Shown: positions 54,525 through 64,000 of the stretch, piece after piece
Layout of the letters: every line of letters starts with the position of its first letter
Position numbering within the stretch: the first letter of the stretch is position 1
Assembly: GCA_016180965.1 (NCBI GenBank)
Contig: JACPAF010000001.1
Span: 109,860 to 173,859 of the forward strand
Length of the DNA stretch: 64,000 nt
Direction of reading: 5' to 3'
Source of the DNA: Candidatus Aenigmatarchaeota archaeon
Lineage (GTDB): Archaea; Aenigmatarchaeota; Aenigmatarchaeia; JACPZZ01
The notes under the pieces: generated by a model
The model's database searches: none
Seen by the model: only the letters and a program-made list of their open reading frames with translations
Told to the model about the DNA's origin: nothing
Position numbers and translations under genes: made by a program

Positions 54525-55493
54525 ATGAAAAATCGTTTGGCCGATGCATTATTATTTTTGGTTGCAGCCGGGCTTTTGTCAGCGTTGATTTTACATTCGA
54601 ACCCTGCAGCAATAGCCAAGACACTGTCTAAATCAAACCCGGTTTTTGTGGGCGGCGCCTTGACCATTACGTCAGCCATCATATTGGTAAAAATTATTCG
54701 ATGGAAAATTATTCTGGAATCCATCAAAATAAAACTTTCCGCGGCCCAGGTGGCGGGTCCGTACACGGCTTCGCTTTTTGTCAGCAATATAACCCCCGGA
54801 AGAGTTGGTGAACCCATACGCAGTTATTATTTGAAGAAAAGCCTCGGGCATCCAATAGCTAACACATTGCCGAGCGTGCTGCTGGAGAGGCTTTTGGACA
54901 TTTCAACTTTAATGTTTTTTTATCTATCCGGCCTCGTTTTGCTGTATTCAATTGTTGATAAAATTTTAGCGGCGGCTGCATTGGTAGTCGCCTTTGCCGT
55001 AGGGTCGGTGATTTTTTTTGCAGGCAACAAGAAATTACTGCGAGCCACTTTTGACAAAATTTACAACTTGTTGGAATTCATACCGAAAATCCGCGAATTG
55101 GCGAAACGCGCTGAAAAACTGCCTGAAAAATTTCATGCGGGCTTTGTACTCGCATCCAAAAGCAAGCACGTACCCAAATTGATACTTATTACACTTTTTA
55201 CTTGGGTGATGGAATTTTTTATAGTGAAACTTTCTTTCCTTTCCATAGGAGTCGACATGGGGTTTTTGATCATAGCCTCGGTTTGCAGCATAGCTACTGT
55301 TATCGGACTGTTAACTTTCTTACCCGGCAACATAGGATCGTTTGAAGCAACCGCAGCCCTGCTTTTCACACAAGTTGTTCCGGGCATGGACTTGGCGACA
55401 GCTACTTCTGGAGTCATTATCTATAGGATTTCAAGCCTTTGGTTCGCGCTGCTTCTTTCTTTAAAAAGTTTTATAAAATATCAGTATTCGTAG
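54525..55493 (+). CDS. Flippase-like membrane protein (LPG-synthase TM / UPF0104 family)
   Basis: 8 TM helices. The NITPGRVGEPIRSYYLKK motif is typical of this family. Confidence 0.7.
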   Translation: MKNRLADALLFLVAAGLLSALILHSNPAAIAKTLSKSNPVFVGGALTITSAIILVKIIRWKIILESIKIKLSAAQVAGPYTASLFVSNITPGRVGEPIRSYYLKKSLGHPIANTLPSVLLERLLDISTLMFFYLSGLVLLYSIVDKILAAAALVVAFAVGSVIFFAGNKKLLRATFDKIYNLLEFIPKIRELAKRAEKLPEKFHAGFVLASKSKHVPKLILITLFTWVMEFFIVKLSFLSIGVDMGFLIIASVCSIATVIGLLTFLPGNIGSFEATAALLFTQVVPGMDLATATSGVIIYRISSLWFALLLSLKSFIKYQYS

Positions 55494-56590
55494 ATTTTTA
55501 ATATCCTCTTAGAAATGTTTTTTTCGTCGAATACCTTTTCTGCGCGCTTTCTTGCGCTGGCGCCCATCTTCAACCTTAATTTTTTGTCGTCCATGAGTTT
55601 CATCATTGCGTTTGCGAGAGAAATTTCGTCATTTGGTTTAACCACAATACCCGTCACGCCGTTTTCATTCACAAAAGACACTCCGCTGTTTTTTATTTCC
55701 GTAGATATTACAGGCTTACCAGAAGCCATGGCTTCCAACTGGGCCAAACCAAAAGCCTCGGACCTGTAAAGTGATGGAAGGATAAAAACGTCGCTTTTTC
55801 TGTAAACTGACGGGAGCCAAGAATCGCCTACTTTTCTCATGAATTTTATGCGGTCCTTTACACCCGCGCGTGCGGCGGACAATAATAAATTTTTGTACAA
55901 TTTACCGTCGCCTACCACGTTAACGATAAATCTCTTGCCGCTGCCTTTCAAGATGCCGCAGGCTTTTATCAGGACATCCAGGCCTTTATACGGTATTAAC
56001 CTTCCAACGAAAAGAAATGTGAATACGCGGCCGGTATTTTTTCCGGGTTTGAATTTCTCGATATCCACACCTATCGGTATTATGTGAACTTTTCCCTTCG
56101 ACATGCGCAGGGCCAGGGAGCCGGCCACGTAGTTGGGGCTTGTCGCAATAATCTTGTCACAAAGGAAATTCATGGACGGCAGCAGGTAAAAAAATCTCAG
56201 CGATGATGCTAAATTCATTATGGGGCCGTAAGGCACCACATCGGAATGGTAAGTTGCAATTATCTTCGTTTTTCTGTGGATGATTTTGTATAGGAATACA
56301 TTCAGCTCTGCCCACGGATTTGGAATGTGAAGATGTATTATGTCCGGGCGCAGGCTTTCTAAAAATTTTATCATCGGGTTGGTTATGGGAGCGTTCATTG
56401 CGGTTGCGAGTTCGGGAAGTTCTATTATTTCCATGCCTTGTTCTAAACGCCTGGAATATTTTTTTGTTCCGGATGAACATATTATTGAAACTTTGTGGCC
56501 GGCCCTGATTGCGGCTTTGCACGCAGACCTGGTGTAGGATTCTATGCCTCCGCTGCCGGAAAAATATTTTGTTACATGCACTATTTTCAT
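55481..56590 (-). CDS. GT4 (group 1) glycosyltransferase
   Basis: MKIVHVTKYF...GGIE N-terminus, and a C-terminal EAFGLAQLEAMASGKPVI (E-x7-E region). Confidence 0.85.
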   Translation of the reverse strand: MKIVHVTKYFSGSGGIESYTRSACKAAIRAGHKVSIICSSGTKKYSRRLEQGMEIIELPELATAMNAPITNPMIKFLESLRPDIIHLHIPNPWAELNVFLYKIIHRKTKIIATYHSDVVPYGPIMNLASSLRFFYLLPSMNFLCDKIIATSPNYVAGSLALRMSKGKVHIIPIGVDIEKFKPGKNTGRVFTFLFVGRLIPYKGLDVLIKACGILKGSGKRFIVNVVGDGKLYKNLLLSAARAGVKDRIKFMRKVGDSWLPSVYRKSDVFILPSLYRSEAFGLAQLEAMASGKPVISTEIKNSGVSFVNENGVTGIVVKPNDEISLANAMMKLMDDKKLRLKMGASARKRAEKVFDEKNISKRILKIYEY

Positions 56591-57081
56591 TTGACCGCCA
56601 CGGTTTCGAGGTATTCTGAAATTTTCTTTTCTAGTGTATTACTCTGCGGCACGCCAGAGGAGGCCGCAGCTTTCTTTATAGATGCATCCATGTCATTGAT
56701 GTCACGCACGCAAATCGCCTTGCCGGCATTTTCCATCGCTTCCGCAAGATCCAGCTGGTGGTCGTCCGTGTGTTCGTGAAACTTTTTCAGGCGAGGCACA
56801 ACCACCAAATGTTTATTGTTCTTCAGAGCGTTGATTATGCTGCCCGCGCCGGCGTGGCATATTATTGTGTCCGCGTTTTTGTATAATTCTTCAAATTTAT
56901 CCGCGCCGACGAACCTGTAATATTCGCAGTTTTTAGGTTCGTATGTGGCATTACCTATTTGCATCACCACATTTTCTTTTAGCGACCCGTCCTCTATTAG
57001 TTGGTCCATTTTTTTAATCAGCCTGTCAAAAGGATCTTTGTGCGTGCCCACAGTTACGAAAATCAAAAAACCCCACCCCAA
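56587..57081 (-). CDS. Alg13-like glycosyltransferase C-terminal subunit (GT28-C / PssE-Cps14G type)
   Basis: IFVTVGTHKDPFDRL and ICHAGAGSIINAL. Confidence 0.75.
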   Translation of the reverse strand: MGWGFLIFVTVGTHKDPFDRLIKKMDQLIEDGSLKENVVMQIGNATYEPKNCEYYRFVGADKFEELYKNADTIICHAGAGSIINALKNNKHLVVVPRLKKFHEHTDDHQLDLAEAMENAGKAICVRDINDMDASIKKAAASSGVPQSNTLEKKISEYLETVAVK

Positions 57082-57512
57082 TATTGCGCCTTTTTCCCAT
57101 ATTTTTCAACCATCGATTCCCATTGCACGAGAAAAACGTCCGCGAATGGGTATAAAATCACCCCGGACCAAGACTTGCTCTTGGCGCGGCAATAACTTTC
57201 TATATACACGAGCTTCGCCCCGCGTAATTTCCCTACAATGGACGACGGTATTGCAGCGCCGGCTCCGGTTGTTATTATTACATCAGGCTTTTCTTTCAAC
57301 ATTATTCTAACCGATTGCAGTATGTTTTTTACCAGGGCAACGGGATTTCTTCCTGTGTCGTCGACAAAATATACCTTCTCTTTCGCAGACAGCTCTTCGG
57401 TGTCTTTCCTTTTCACGGTTATAAAAAAAGTTTCATATTTGTCCGTGGCGTTTTTGATCTGCATCAATTCTGTCAGGTGGCCGCCGGCAGAGGAGGGAAG
57501 TGCGATTTTCAT
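57063..57512 (-). CDS. Alg14-like glycosyltransferase subunit (PssD-Cps14F type)
   Basis: SSAGGHLTELMQI, ITTGAGAAIP, LVYIES. ATGA overlap with the upstream gene. Confidence 0.75.
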   Translation of the reverse strand: MKIALPSSAGGHLTELMQIKNATDKYETFFITVKRKDTEELSAKEKVYFVDDTGRNPVALVKNILQSVRIMLKEKPDVIITTGAGAAIPSSIVGKLRGAKLVYIESYCRAKSKSWSGVILYPFADVFLVQWESMVEKYGKKAQYWGGVF

Positions 57513-58885
57513 CTCGTCCCTCGCCCGACTCCCCTGTATATGAAAAGTTTTCTGGCCACGCTGGGATTTATTATGTGGCGCGAATCCACCATACAATTGT
57601 TTTTTAGAAGTTTCTTTATTTTTTCTGGATCAATTTTGTAAAATTCTTTGTGGTCGGTTAGTATTACGCAGCAATCCCTGTTCCCAAGCGCATCTTGCCA
57701 CGTGTCCGCAATCTTCAGGTTTCCGGAATTTTTCACCGATTTAACAAACGGATCGTATGCGCTTAAGGATTTACACTTGCTTTTCAATATTTCCACGACT
57801 TTTAGTGCGGGCGATTCGCGGGTATCATCTGTTTCGCCCTTGAATGCGAGACCCAAAATTCCGATTTCGGCGTTTTTCATTTCGATTTTTTTCTCTTCCA
57901 GCGCGGACTCGACCAGCGATACGACATGCTCAGCCATCACGGGACCGTTGATCACCCGGACCAATTCAACGGATCTTAACGAATTTTTTTCTATTCCGAC
58001 TTTTTTAGCCAGCGCAAACATTGCAGCGACGTCTTTTGGAAAACACGATCCGCCGCTTCCGGGCCCGGCTACCATCATTCTTATCCGATTGTCCATGTTA
58101 GCGGTTGTCCGCACTTCCATGAAATCGACCCCAATCTTTTCGCTTATTTGCGCGATGATCTGCGCATTTGAAATTGCAGCGTCGAGCAGGTAATTCCATA
58201 CAAATTTTGAAAATTCTGACGTTGTCGGATAGGAAACTATCGATACAGGCACGTTCAGTGTGTCGAACACGCCTGCCGTTATCTCTGCGCTTTTTTCGTG
58301 GAATTTGTCGCCACCAACCACGGTCGCTTCTGTGCGCAGTCCTTCCAAAGCTTTGCCTTCCTGCAACCTTTCAGGCGCGTCCGCGAGACCGAAGTCTCCC
58401 AGGCTCATGCCCGACGATTCTTCAAGTATTGGAAGGAGTATATTTTCCGTGGTTCCCGGGTTCACAGTGCTTCGCAAAACAATTAAAGAGCCCTTTTTCA
58501 TTGACGCGCCCACCCTTTTTGCAGCGTCCTTGACCTGTGAATCGTCCAGAAAACCATCCTGCTTGACAGGCGTGCCTACAGTTATGAATATTACGTCGCT
58601 TTTTGCAACTGCACCTTCAACGTCCGTTGTTGCAGTTAAATTTCCTTTCGTTACCGCGTTTTTGACAAGTTCATCGAGCCCAAATTCGTAAATATAAGTT
58701 TTTCCTGCATTCGTGGTATCAACTTTTTTCTGGTCGCGGTTGCAAACAAAAACTTTTGCTCCTAGGTCTGCGTACAAAGCGGCGAATGGCAGACCGACAT
58801 AACCACCGCCCACTACGCACATGGCTATTTTCCCATTTTTTATCAGGGTTGGGACGTCTTTTCTGTCGATAGATAGTATATTCAT
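57509..58885 (-). CDS. UDP-sugar 6-dehydrogenase family (UDP-glucose / UDP-ManNAc dehydrogenase)
   Basis: Rossmann VVGGGYVGLP, catalytic GSGGSCFPKD. Start chosen at MNILS (58885); the ORF track allows 58924. Confidence 0.85.
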   Translation of the reverse strand: MNILSIDRKDVPTLIKNGKIAMCVVGGGYVGLPFAALYADLGAKVFVCNRDQKKVDTTNAGKTYIYEFGLDELVKNAVTKGNLTATTDVEGAVAKSDVIFITVGTPVKQDGFLDDSQVKDAAKRVGASMKKGSLIVLRSTVNPGTTENILLPILEESSGMSLGDFGLADAPERLQEGKALEGLRTEATVVGGDKFHEKSAEITAGVFDTLNVPVSIVSYPTTSEFSKFVWNYLLDAAISNAQIIAQISEKIGVDFMEVRTTANMDNRIRMMVAGPGSGGSCFPKDVAAMFALAKKVGIEKNSLRSVELVRVINGPVMAEHVVSLVESALEEKKIEMKNAEIGILGLAFKGETDDTRESPALKVVEILKSKCKSLSAYDPFVKSVKNSGNLKIADTWQDALGNRDCCVILTDHKEFYKIDPEKIKKLLKNNCMVDSRHIINPSVARKLFIYRGVGRGTR

Positions 58886-58941
58886 AAAACCAACCGGACT
58901 GAAAATATAGTTATAAATTGTCATTTATATATAGGTAAACC

Positions 58942-59976
58942 ATGAGCGCCGTGGAAAAAGATTTCGATAACATAAAAAAGTCTTTGGCCGAATTTGCAGA
59001 TGAAATAAAAGGAAAAAATTTCCTGGTTTCCGGGGGGGCCGGGTTTATCGGAAGCTGGTTCTGCGAGTCGTTAGTTTCCATGGGCGGGCGGGTTACGTGT
59101 GTTGACAATCTTTCATCCGGATCTTTGGAGAATATCAAACACGTCGAGGGGAATAAATTATTCAAATTCGTAAAATCGGACATCGAAAAGTTTGATGCGG
59201 GCGATAAGTTCGATTTCATAGTCCATATGGCCAGCATAGCATCGCCTCCTTTATACCAGAAATTTCCCATACAAACACTGGACTCCGGTGTGGTGGGGAT
59301 AAAAAAAATGCTAGAATTGGCTGTCAAGAACAAAGTCAAAGGCTTTTTGTTCACGAGTACCAGCGAAGTTTACGGCAACCCGCCGGAGGACATGGTGCCG
59401 ACCCCAGAAACCTATTACGGATATGTAAATTCTTACGGCCCGCGTTCGATGTACGATGAAAGCAAGCGCTGCGCCGAGGCCTATTGTTATTCTTACTGGA
59501 AACAGTTTAGCGTCCCGGTTCGTATTGCGAGGATTTTTAACACGTATGGGCCCAAGTTGGACGTAAAAAACCCGACAGGTTATGGAAGAGCCCTGATAAA
59601 ATTTGTCTGTCTAGCGTTGGAAAATAAACCGATAAACATGTACGGAGACGGCAACCAAACAAGAAGTTTTTGTTATATAACGGACCAAGTTATAGGACTA
59701 ATTAAACTTCTCTTAACCAAAGGAATAGACGGCGAGGTTGTGAACATCGGAAGCGAGGAGGAAGTTAGCATCAATAAATTGATAACCAGCGTCATCAAAC
59801 TTGCAAATTCGTCTTCCAAAATAATTGTTTCAGAACCTTCTTACGATATTACCGATGACCCTCGAAGGCGAAAAGCGGATGTTACGAAAGCTAAAAAACT
59901 TTTGGGATGGAGAGCGGAAGTTAAACTGGCCGACGGGCTGAATAAAACCATCGATTGGGCGAAGGAGACTCGTTAA
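58942..59976 (+). CDS. UDP-glucuronate decarboxylase-like SDR (NAD-dependent epimerase/dehydratase)
   Basis: GGAGFIGSW, TSTSEVYG, YDESKR, RIFNTYGP. Confidence 0.85.
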   Translation: MSAVEKDFDNIKKSLAEFADEIKGKNFLVSGGAGFIGSWFCESLVSMGGRVTCVDNLSSGSLENIKHVEGNKLFKFVKSDIEKFDAGDKFDFIVHMASIASPPLYQKFPIQTLDSGVVGIKKMLELAVKNKVKGFLFTSTSEVYGNPPEDMVPTPETYYGYVNSYGPRSMYDESKRCAEAYCYSYWKQFSVPVRIARIFNTYGPKLDVKNPTGYGRALIKFVCLALENKPINMYGDGNQTRSFCYITDQVIGLIKLLLTKGIDGEVVNIGSEEEVSINKLITSVIKLANSSSKIIVSEPSYDITDDPRRRKADVTKAKKLLGWRAEVKLADGLNKTIDWAKETR

Positions 59977-59977
59977 G

Positions 59978-61006
59978 ATGCTATTTGTTGTAACGGGCGG
60001 CGCCGGTTTTGTGGGTTCGAACCTAGCGGAAAGGATTTTATCCGAAGGACATTCTGTGCGCATCATAGACGATTTAAGCAGGCCCGGTGGCAAAGTCATT
60101 GAAAATCTGGATTATCTCAGGAAGAAATTTTCAGCGAAGGTAAAATCCAAAGAATTCGAGTTCGTACAGAAGTCAGTCACAGATTTTGATGCGATGAAAA
60201 AGAACCTGAAGGACGCCGATGTTGTTTATCATTTGGCCGCGCAAACCGCAGTGACGACATCTATAACGAACCCTACGCACGATTTCCAGACAAACGCGGC
60301 AGGGTCGTTCAATGTGCTGGAGGCGGCGAGGCAAGTTGCAGACAATGCAGTGCTTTTTTACACGTCGACTAACAAAGTTTACGGCAATATGCCTGGAATG
60401 AAACTGGATGAAAATAAAACCAGATACGGGTTCGCAGAAAATAAATACAAATCCGGGATTGCGGAAGATTTCCCGCTGGATCCTGAAAGTCCGTACGGCT
60501 GTTCGAAGTATGTTGCGGACAGCTATTTTTTGGATTACCACAGGACATACGGAACCAAGACGATAGTTTTTCGCTGTTCTTGCATGTACGGGGAGATGCA
60601 GAAATCACTCGAGGACCAGGGATGGATAAGCTGGCTTGTCGGCAGAATAATCAGCGGCAAGAAAATAACTATTTACGGCGACGGAAAGCAGGTGCGTGAC
60701 ATATTGCATATCAAGGACGTCGTCGACGCGGTTATGAAAGCGACCGAAAAGATAAACATAACAAAAGGACAGGTTTTCAACATGGGCGGCGGAATAAAAA
60801 ATTCCATATCCCTTTTGGAATTAATGGATTTTGTGCAAAGCGAGACCGGGAAAAAACCGATCTACGAGTTTGCGGATTGGCGTTTGGCGGACCAGAAAAT
60901 TTACATAAGCGACACGTCAAAAGCTAAGAAAGTATTCGGGTGGGAACCAAAGGTCACGAAGGAAGAAGGTATACGAAGACAGATCGCGTGGGAGTCGCGT
61001 GTATGA
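59978..61006 (+). CDS. NAD-dependent sugar epimerase (CDP-paratose 2-epimerase-like SDR)
   Basis: GGAGFVGSN, TSTNKVYG, YGCSKY, FNMGGG. Confidence 0.8.
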   Translation: MLFVVTGGAGFVGSNLAERILSEGHSVRIIDDLSRPGGKVIENLDYLRKKFSAKVKSKEFEFVQKSVTDFDAMKKNLKDADVVYHLAAQTAVTTSITNPTHDFQTNAAGSFNVLEAARQVADNAVLFYTSTNKVYGNMPGMKLDENKTRYGFAENKYKSGIAEDFPLDPESPYGCSKYVADSYFLDYHRTYGTKTIVFRCSCMYGEMQKSLEDQGWISWLVGRIISGKKITIYGDGKQVRDILHIKDVVDAVMKATEKINITKGQVFNMGGGIKNSISLLELMDFVQSETGKKPIYEFADWRLADQKIYISDTSKAKKVFGWEPKVTKEEGIRRQIAWESRV

Positions 61007-61959
61007 TAATAATAATTACGGGCGCGGCGGGCTTGTACGGCGTTCACATGGTTGACGCCCTGGCAAAAATGAAATACGTGGAAAAAATCGTGGGCGTGGA
61101 CGATTTGTCCAGGAATTTCTTTTCCAGCGACCCTTTTATACAGTCCGAAGAAAAAGATAAGAAATTTGAATTAATAAAAATGGATTATGCGGAATTGGAC
61201 AAGAAAAAAATTGATGAAATCGAACCGGATGTAATTGTGCATCTTGCCGCGTCGGTTTCTATACCGGAGTCCATAGACGACCCGTCAAAATATTTTAACA
61301 ACAACGAATTGGGAACTTTTAAACTGACCCAATCCCTTTTAGCGTCGAAGACGCAGCCTTTTCTGATTTACGCCTCGTCCCCGGAAGTTTATGGCAACCC
61401 TAAATATGTTCCGATGGATGAATCGCATCCGTTAAATCCGACGAGTACGTACGCAGTTACAAAATTGGCGTGCGAAAAACATTGCATGTCGCTGTGGGAA
61501 TGGTACAAATACCCAGTCACGTCGATAAGAAATTTTAACACTTACGGCGAGAATCAGAATGTATGGGGATATTCTGCGGTGATACCCGCGTTCATAAAGA
61601 ATGCGCTTGAAAATAAACCGTTGAAAATAGAAGGCGACGGCAGGCAAACACGCGATTTCATGTATGTCGCGGACGCGGTTAACGCGTATAAAATGGTGAT
61701 TGAAAACTCGCGCTCCGCGATAGGCGAAACATTTAATATAGGAACAGGCATCGATACAACGATAAACGACCTAGCGGAGAAAATTATCTCTCTGACCACT
61801 TCCAAATCGAAAACGACGAATACCGAGGGCAGGCCAGGCGATTTGCGCGCGCTGCGGGCTAACATAGAACATATCAGGAGTAACGTTGGGTGGGAACCTA
61901 AAGTAACTATGGAACAAGGTTTGATGCGTACCATAGAATGGTACAGAAAAAACACCTAA
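61003..61959 (+). CDS. NAD-dependent sugar epimerase/dehydratase (third SDR)
   Basis: ITGAAGLYG, SSPEVYG, YAVTKL. ATGA overlap with the preceding gene. Confidence 0.8.
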   Translation: MIIIITGAAGLYGVHMVDALAKMKYVEKIVGVDDLSRNFFSSDPFIQSEEKDKKFELIKMDYAELDKKKIDEIEPDVIVHLAASVSIPESIDDPSKYFNNNELGTFKLTQSLLASKTQPFLIYASSPEVYGNPKYVPMDESHPLNPTSTYAVTKLACEKHCMSLWEWYKYPVTSIRNFNTYGENQNVWGYSAVIPAFIKNALENKPLKIEGDGRQTRDFMYVADAVNAYKMVIENSRSAIGETFNIGTGIDTTINDLAEKIISLTTSKSKTTNTEGRPGDLRALRANIEHIRSNVGWEPKVTMEQGLMRTIEWYRKNT

Positions 61960-62753
61960 ATTTTTTTGTTGTTTTTTAATCTGTGGTAAAGTGATATGTA
62001 CCTGCCCAAAATATCCAATGCCAGCCATCTTATTGAATTTTTTAGGTCTTTGGACTTGATAAAAACTTTGATTGACGGAACTAAAATAAGCGGAGGAATT
62101 ATGCAGGGAATAAAATACCCGATCCCGGCCATGCGGCCCTGCCATTTGCGCTGTCTTGTGAATTCTTCCACACCTTCCGGATCTATATGGTAAACAAACG
62201 CGTTTACAGGGCCGGAATATTTTAATCCCGCTGCGTCGAAACGGTTCCTGAAATCACGCTCTTCGTGGTAAAATATTTTCTCATCAAATTTTAGTTTCAT
62301 GAATACAGAAGTTCGCACTATGTGGACGAATCCCATTGTTTGGTAGGCTTTCCTGTACGCGCTCCACGCCTTTTGTATAAATGTCTCCGGTTTGTAAGAC
62401 AGCACTAGGAAATCTGAGCCGTCGGTATTTGTCTGTTTAAGATGTTTTTCCAGCTTATACACGAAGTTTTTTTCCACTATCTGGTCCGCGTCGATAAATA
62501 CCAAATAGCCCCCCTTTGCATGTTTTGAACCGGCGTTCCTTGCGAACGATGCGGAGTGGCCTTCTTCAAAATTTACGAGCTTCTTGACAATTCCAGATTT
62601 TTCTGCTATTTCTCGTGTTTTGTCCGAGGAACCGTCGTTGACGACTATCACCTCGAAACTGCCGCGGTTGGCGCGAAGCGCGTTTAAGCACAAACCGATA
62701 TGGCGTTCTTCGTTGTGGGCAGGGATTATAACAGACAGGAACGGGCGTTTCAT
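61956..62753 (-). CDS. GT2 glycosyltransferase
   Basis: LSVIIPAHNEE, VVNDGSSDKT, FIDADQ. Confidence 0.8.
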   Translation of the reverse strand: MKRPFLSVIIPAHNEERHIGLCLNALRANRGSFEVIVVNDGSSDKTREIAEKSGIVKKLVNFEEGHSASFARNAGSKHAKGGYLVFIDADQIVEKNFVYKLEKHLKQTNTDGSDFLVLSYKPETFIQKAWSAYRKAYQTMGFVHIVRTSVFMKLKFDEKIFYHEERDFRNRFDAAGLKYSGPVNAFVYHIDPEGVEEFTRQRKWQGRMAGIGYFIPCIIPPLILVPSIKVFIKSKDLKNSIRWLALDILGRYISLYHRLKNNKKI

Positions 62754-62781
62754 AACAATTATCCGCGCGTTTCTGGTTTAA

Positions 62782-63876
62782 TTACTTGTTCAGGACTTCG
62801 TCATACGCTTTTAGTGCTCTCCTAACGCCCGCGGGCCAGTCATACTCTTTTGCGTATTCCTTGGCGTTCTTCGATATTGCGGACAGGTTGGAAGCGAGAA
62901 CTTTGACAATCAGGTCAGCGGTTTTATTTTCGTCAGAAAAGTCGGTTATGTAGCCTGTTTTTCCGTTATCCACGAAGTTTCGGAAGGCTTTTATGTTGTT
63001 AACAACGACAGGACAGCCAGCGGCCATCGACTCCAAGACTGATATACCAAAACCTTCGTATTCGGCCGCAGAAACAAAAATGTTATACGATGCGTAACAT
63101 TTTATCAGATCTTTTCCGTATTTCGGGCCAAGTGAAATTATTTTTTTATCCACACCCAATGATTGCGCGAGCGCAAACAATTCTTTGTCGTCTTGCAGAT
63201 ATCCTCCAACTAAAACGAGCGTAATATCGTCGATGATTTCGGAAACATTTTTCAACACGCGTATCAGCCGATCTATCCGTTTATTTTTTCCCAATCTCCC
63301 GACAAACAACATCGAATTTTCAGTGTATTTTCTGTTTACATCATAGTCTTTTATGTAAAGCGAGTACGGCATAAAATTTATCTTGTTTTCAGGGACGATT
63401 TTTGAAAATAGCTCGTTGTCGTTGACGCTGTGGGCGAACACCTTATCGAAGCTTTTCAGTATTAACTTTTCCCATCCGAAAAAATACGCGTTTTTCACGG
63501 GCATTATTTTTTTGGTGTGGAATATTCCGCCGTGAGTTGATAAGATTAAACGTTTTTTATGCAGCGGTTTTGTTATTGAAAAGAAATCCGAGAAGAAGCT
63601 TACGGCGTGCACGTGTATGATGTCGTAATCTTTGACATATTTCAGTATGTGCGGGGCCAATTTGTAAAATTTTAAATCTATGCATCCTGTGCGCATAACT
63701 TTAATGCCGTCGATTATTTCTTCGCGCGGCAGGTTTTTTCCGTCGTATTTTGTATCCAGGCAAAGAACATCGCTTTGGTGGCCCAGCGCAATAAGGTTTT
63801 TGCTTAATTCGCGCACGTAGGTTTCGATACCGCCTACATTAGGATAAAAATGATTGCAGACGTGGAGGATTTTCAT
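62782..63876 (-). CDS. GT4 (group 1) glycosyltransferase
   Basis: MKILHVCNHFYPNVGGIE and EGFGISVLESMAAGCPVV. The ATG at 63876 is preferred over the GTG at 63885. Confidence 0.85.
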   Translation of the reverse strand: MKILHVCNHFYPNVGGIETYVRELSKNLIALGHQSDVLCLDTKYDGKNLPREEIIDGIKVMRTGCIDLKFYKLAPHILKYVKDYDIIHVHAVSFFSDFFSITKPLHKKRLILSTHGGIFHTKKIMPVKNAYFFGWEKLILKSFDKVFAHSVNDNELFSKIVPENKINFMPYSLYIKDYDVNRKYTENSMLFVGRLGKNKRIDRLIRVLKNVSEIIDDITLVLVGGYLQDDKELFALAQSLGVDKKIISLGPKYGKDLIKCYASYNIFVSAAEYEGFGISVLESMAAGCPVVVNNIKAFRNFVDNGKTGYITDFSDENKTADLIVKVLASNLSAISKNAKEYAKEYDWPAGVRRALKAYDEVLNK

Positions 63877-63877
63877 A

Positions 63878-64000
63878 TTAAACACTCTTTTTCACAACAT
63901 CCGCTATTTTATTCAAATCCTCTTCTGTAACAGAAGGATGTATTGGAAGCGATATGACTTTCTTGCATAACGCTTCCGCGACAGGACATTTTACGTGCGA
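63878..64000 (-). CDS. C-terminal fragment of a DegT/DnrJ/EryC1-type sugar aminotransferase (runs off the window)
   Basis: Hand-translated as ...CPVAEALCKKVISLPIHPSVTEEDLNKIADVVKKSV*, the typical DegT C-terminus. Confidence 0.65.
   Translation of the reverse strand, partial: SHVKCPVAEALCKKVISLPIHPSVTEEDLNKIADVVKKSV

Overview
The window is a gene-dense archaeal chromosomal segment. Archaeal markers include the uL1-P0-P1 stalk operon, an HMf-type histone, RadA, RPA, archaeal DnaG, Hjc, Orc1/Cdc6, family-B DNA polymerase, NAC, NadM-type NMNAT and geranylgeranyl reductase. Small genes, tight packing and many lineage-specific ORFs suggest a small-genome uncultivated lineage such as DPANN, but that is inference only. 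Layout: 0-9 kb translation and nucleotide metabolism; 10-16.4 kb two co-oriented giant sequon-rich surface proteins; 16.6 kb a tRNA-Gln(CUG) with an insertion in the D-loop, bracketed by a palindromic repeat family that recurs at 17.7 and 27.8 kb; 20.1-23.3 kb an orphan-gene island with two wHTH regulators and AT-rich spacers; 24.4-42 kb a replication and recombination cluster; 44.7-47.3 kb secF-secD; 48.4-64 kb a surface-glycan biosynthesis island. The most notable observations are five. (1) An operon of cdc6, a shortened DP1-like protein with eroded phosphoesterase motifs, and a PolB with an extra C-terminal Cys4 zinc ribbon. (2) A phased array of CGTGAAG / TTCACGTGAA words at 28.3-29.25 kb next to an AAA+ wHTH ATPase, running into the ligT coding region, with a second smaller cluster at 43.1 kb. 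(3) The hairpin repeat family, including two 63-nt copies that are identical except for two substitutions and an inverted loop. (4) A P0 gene interrupted by an in-frame TAA and lacking the conserved stalk tail. (5) A tiny Cys-Gly-tailed peptide ORF. All calls rest on reading the sequence and recognising motifs; no database search was possible.
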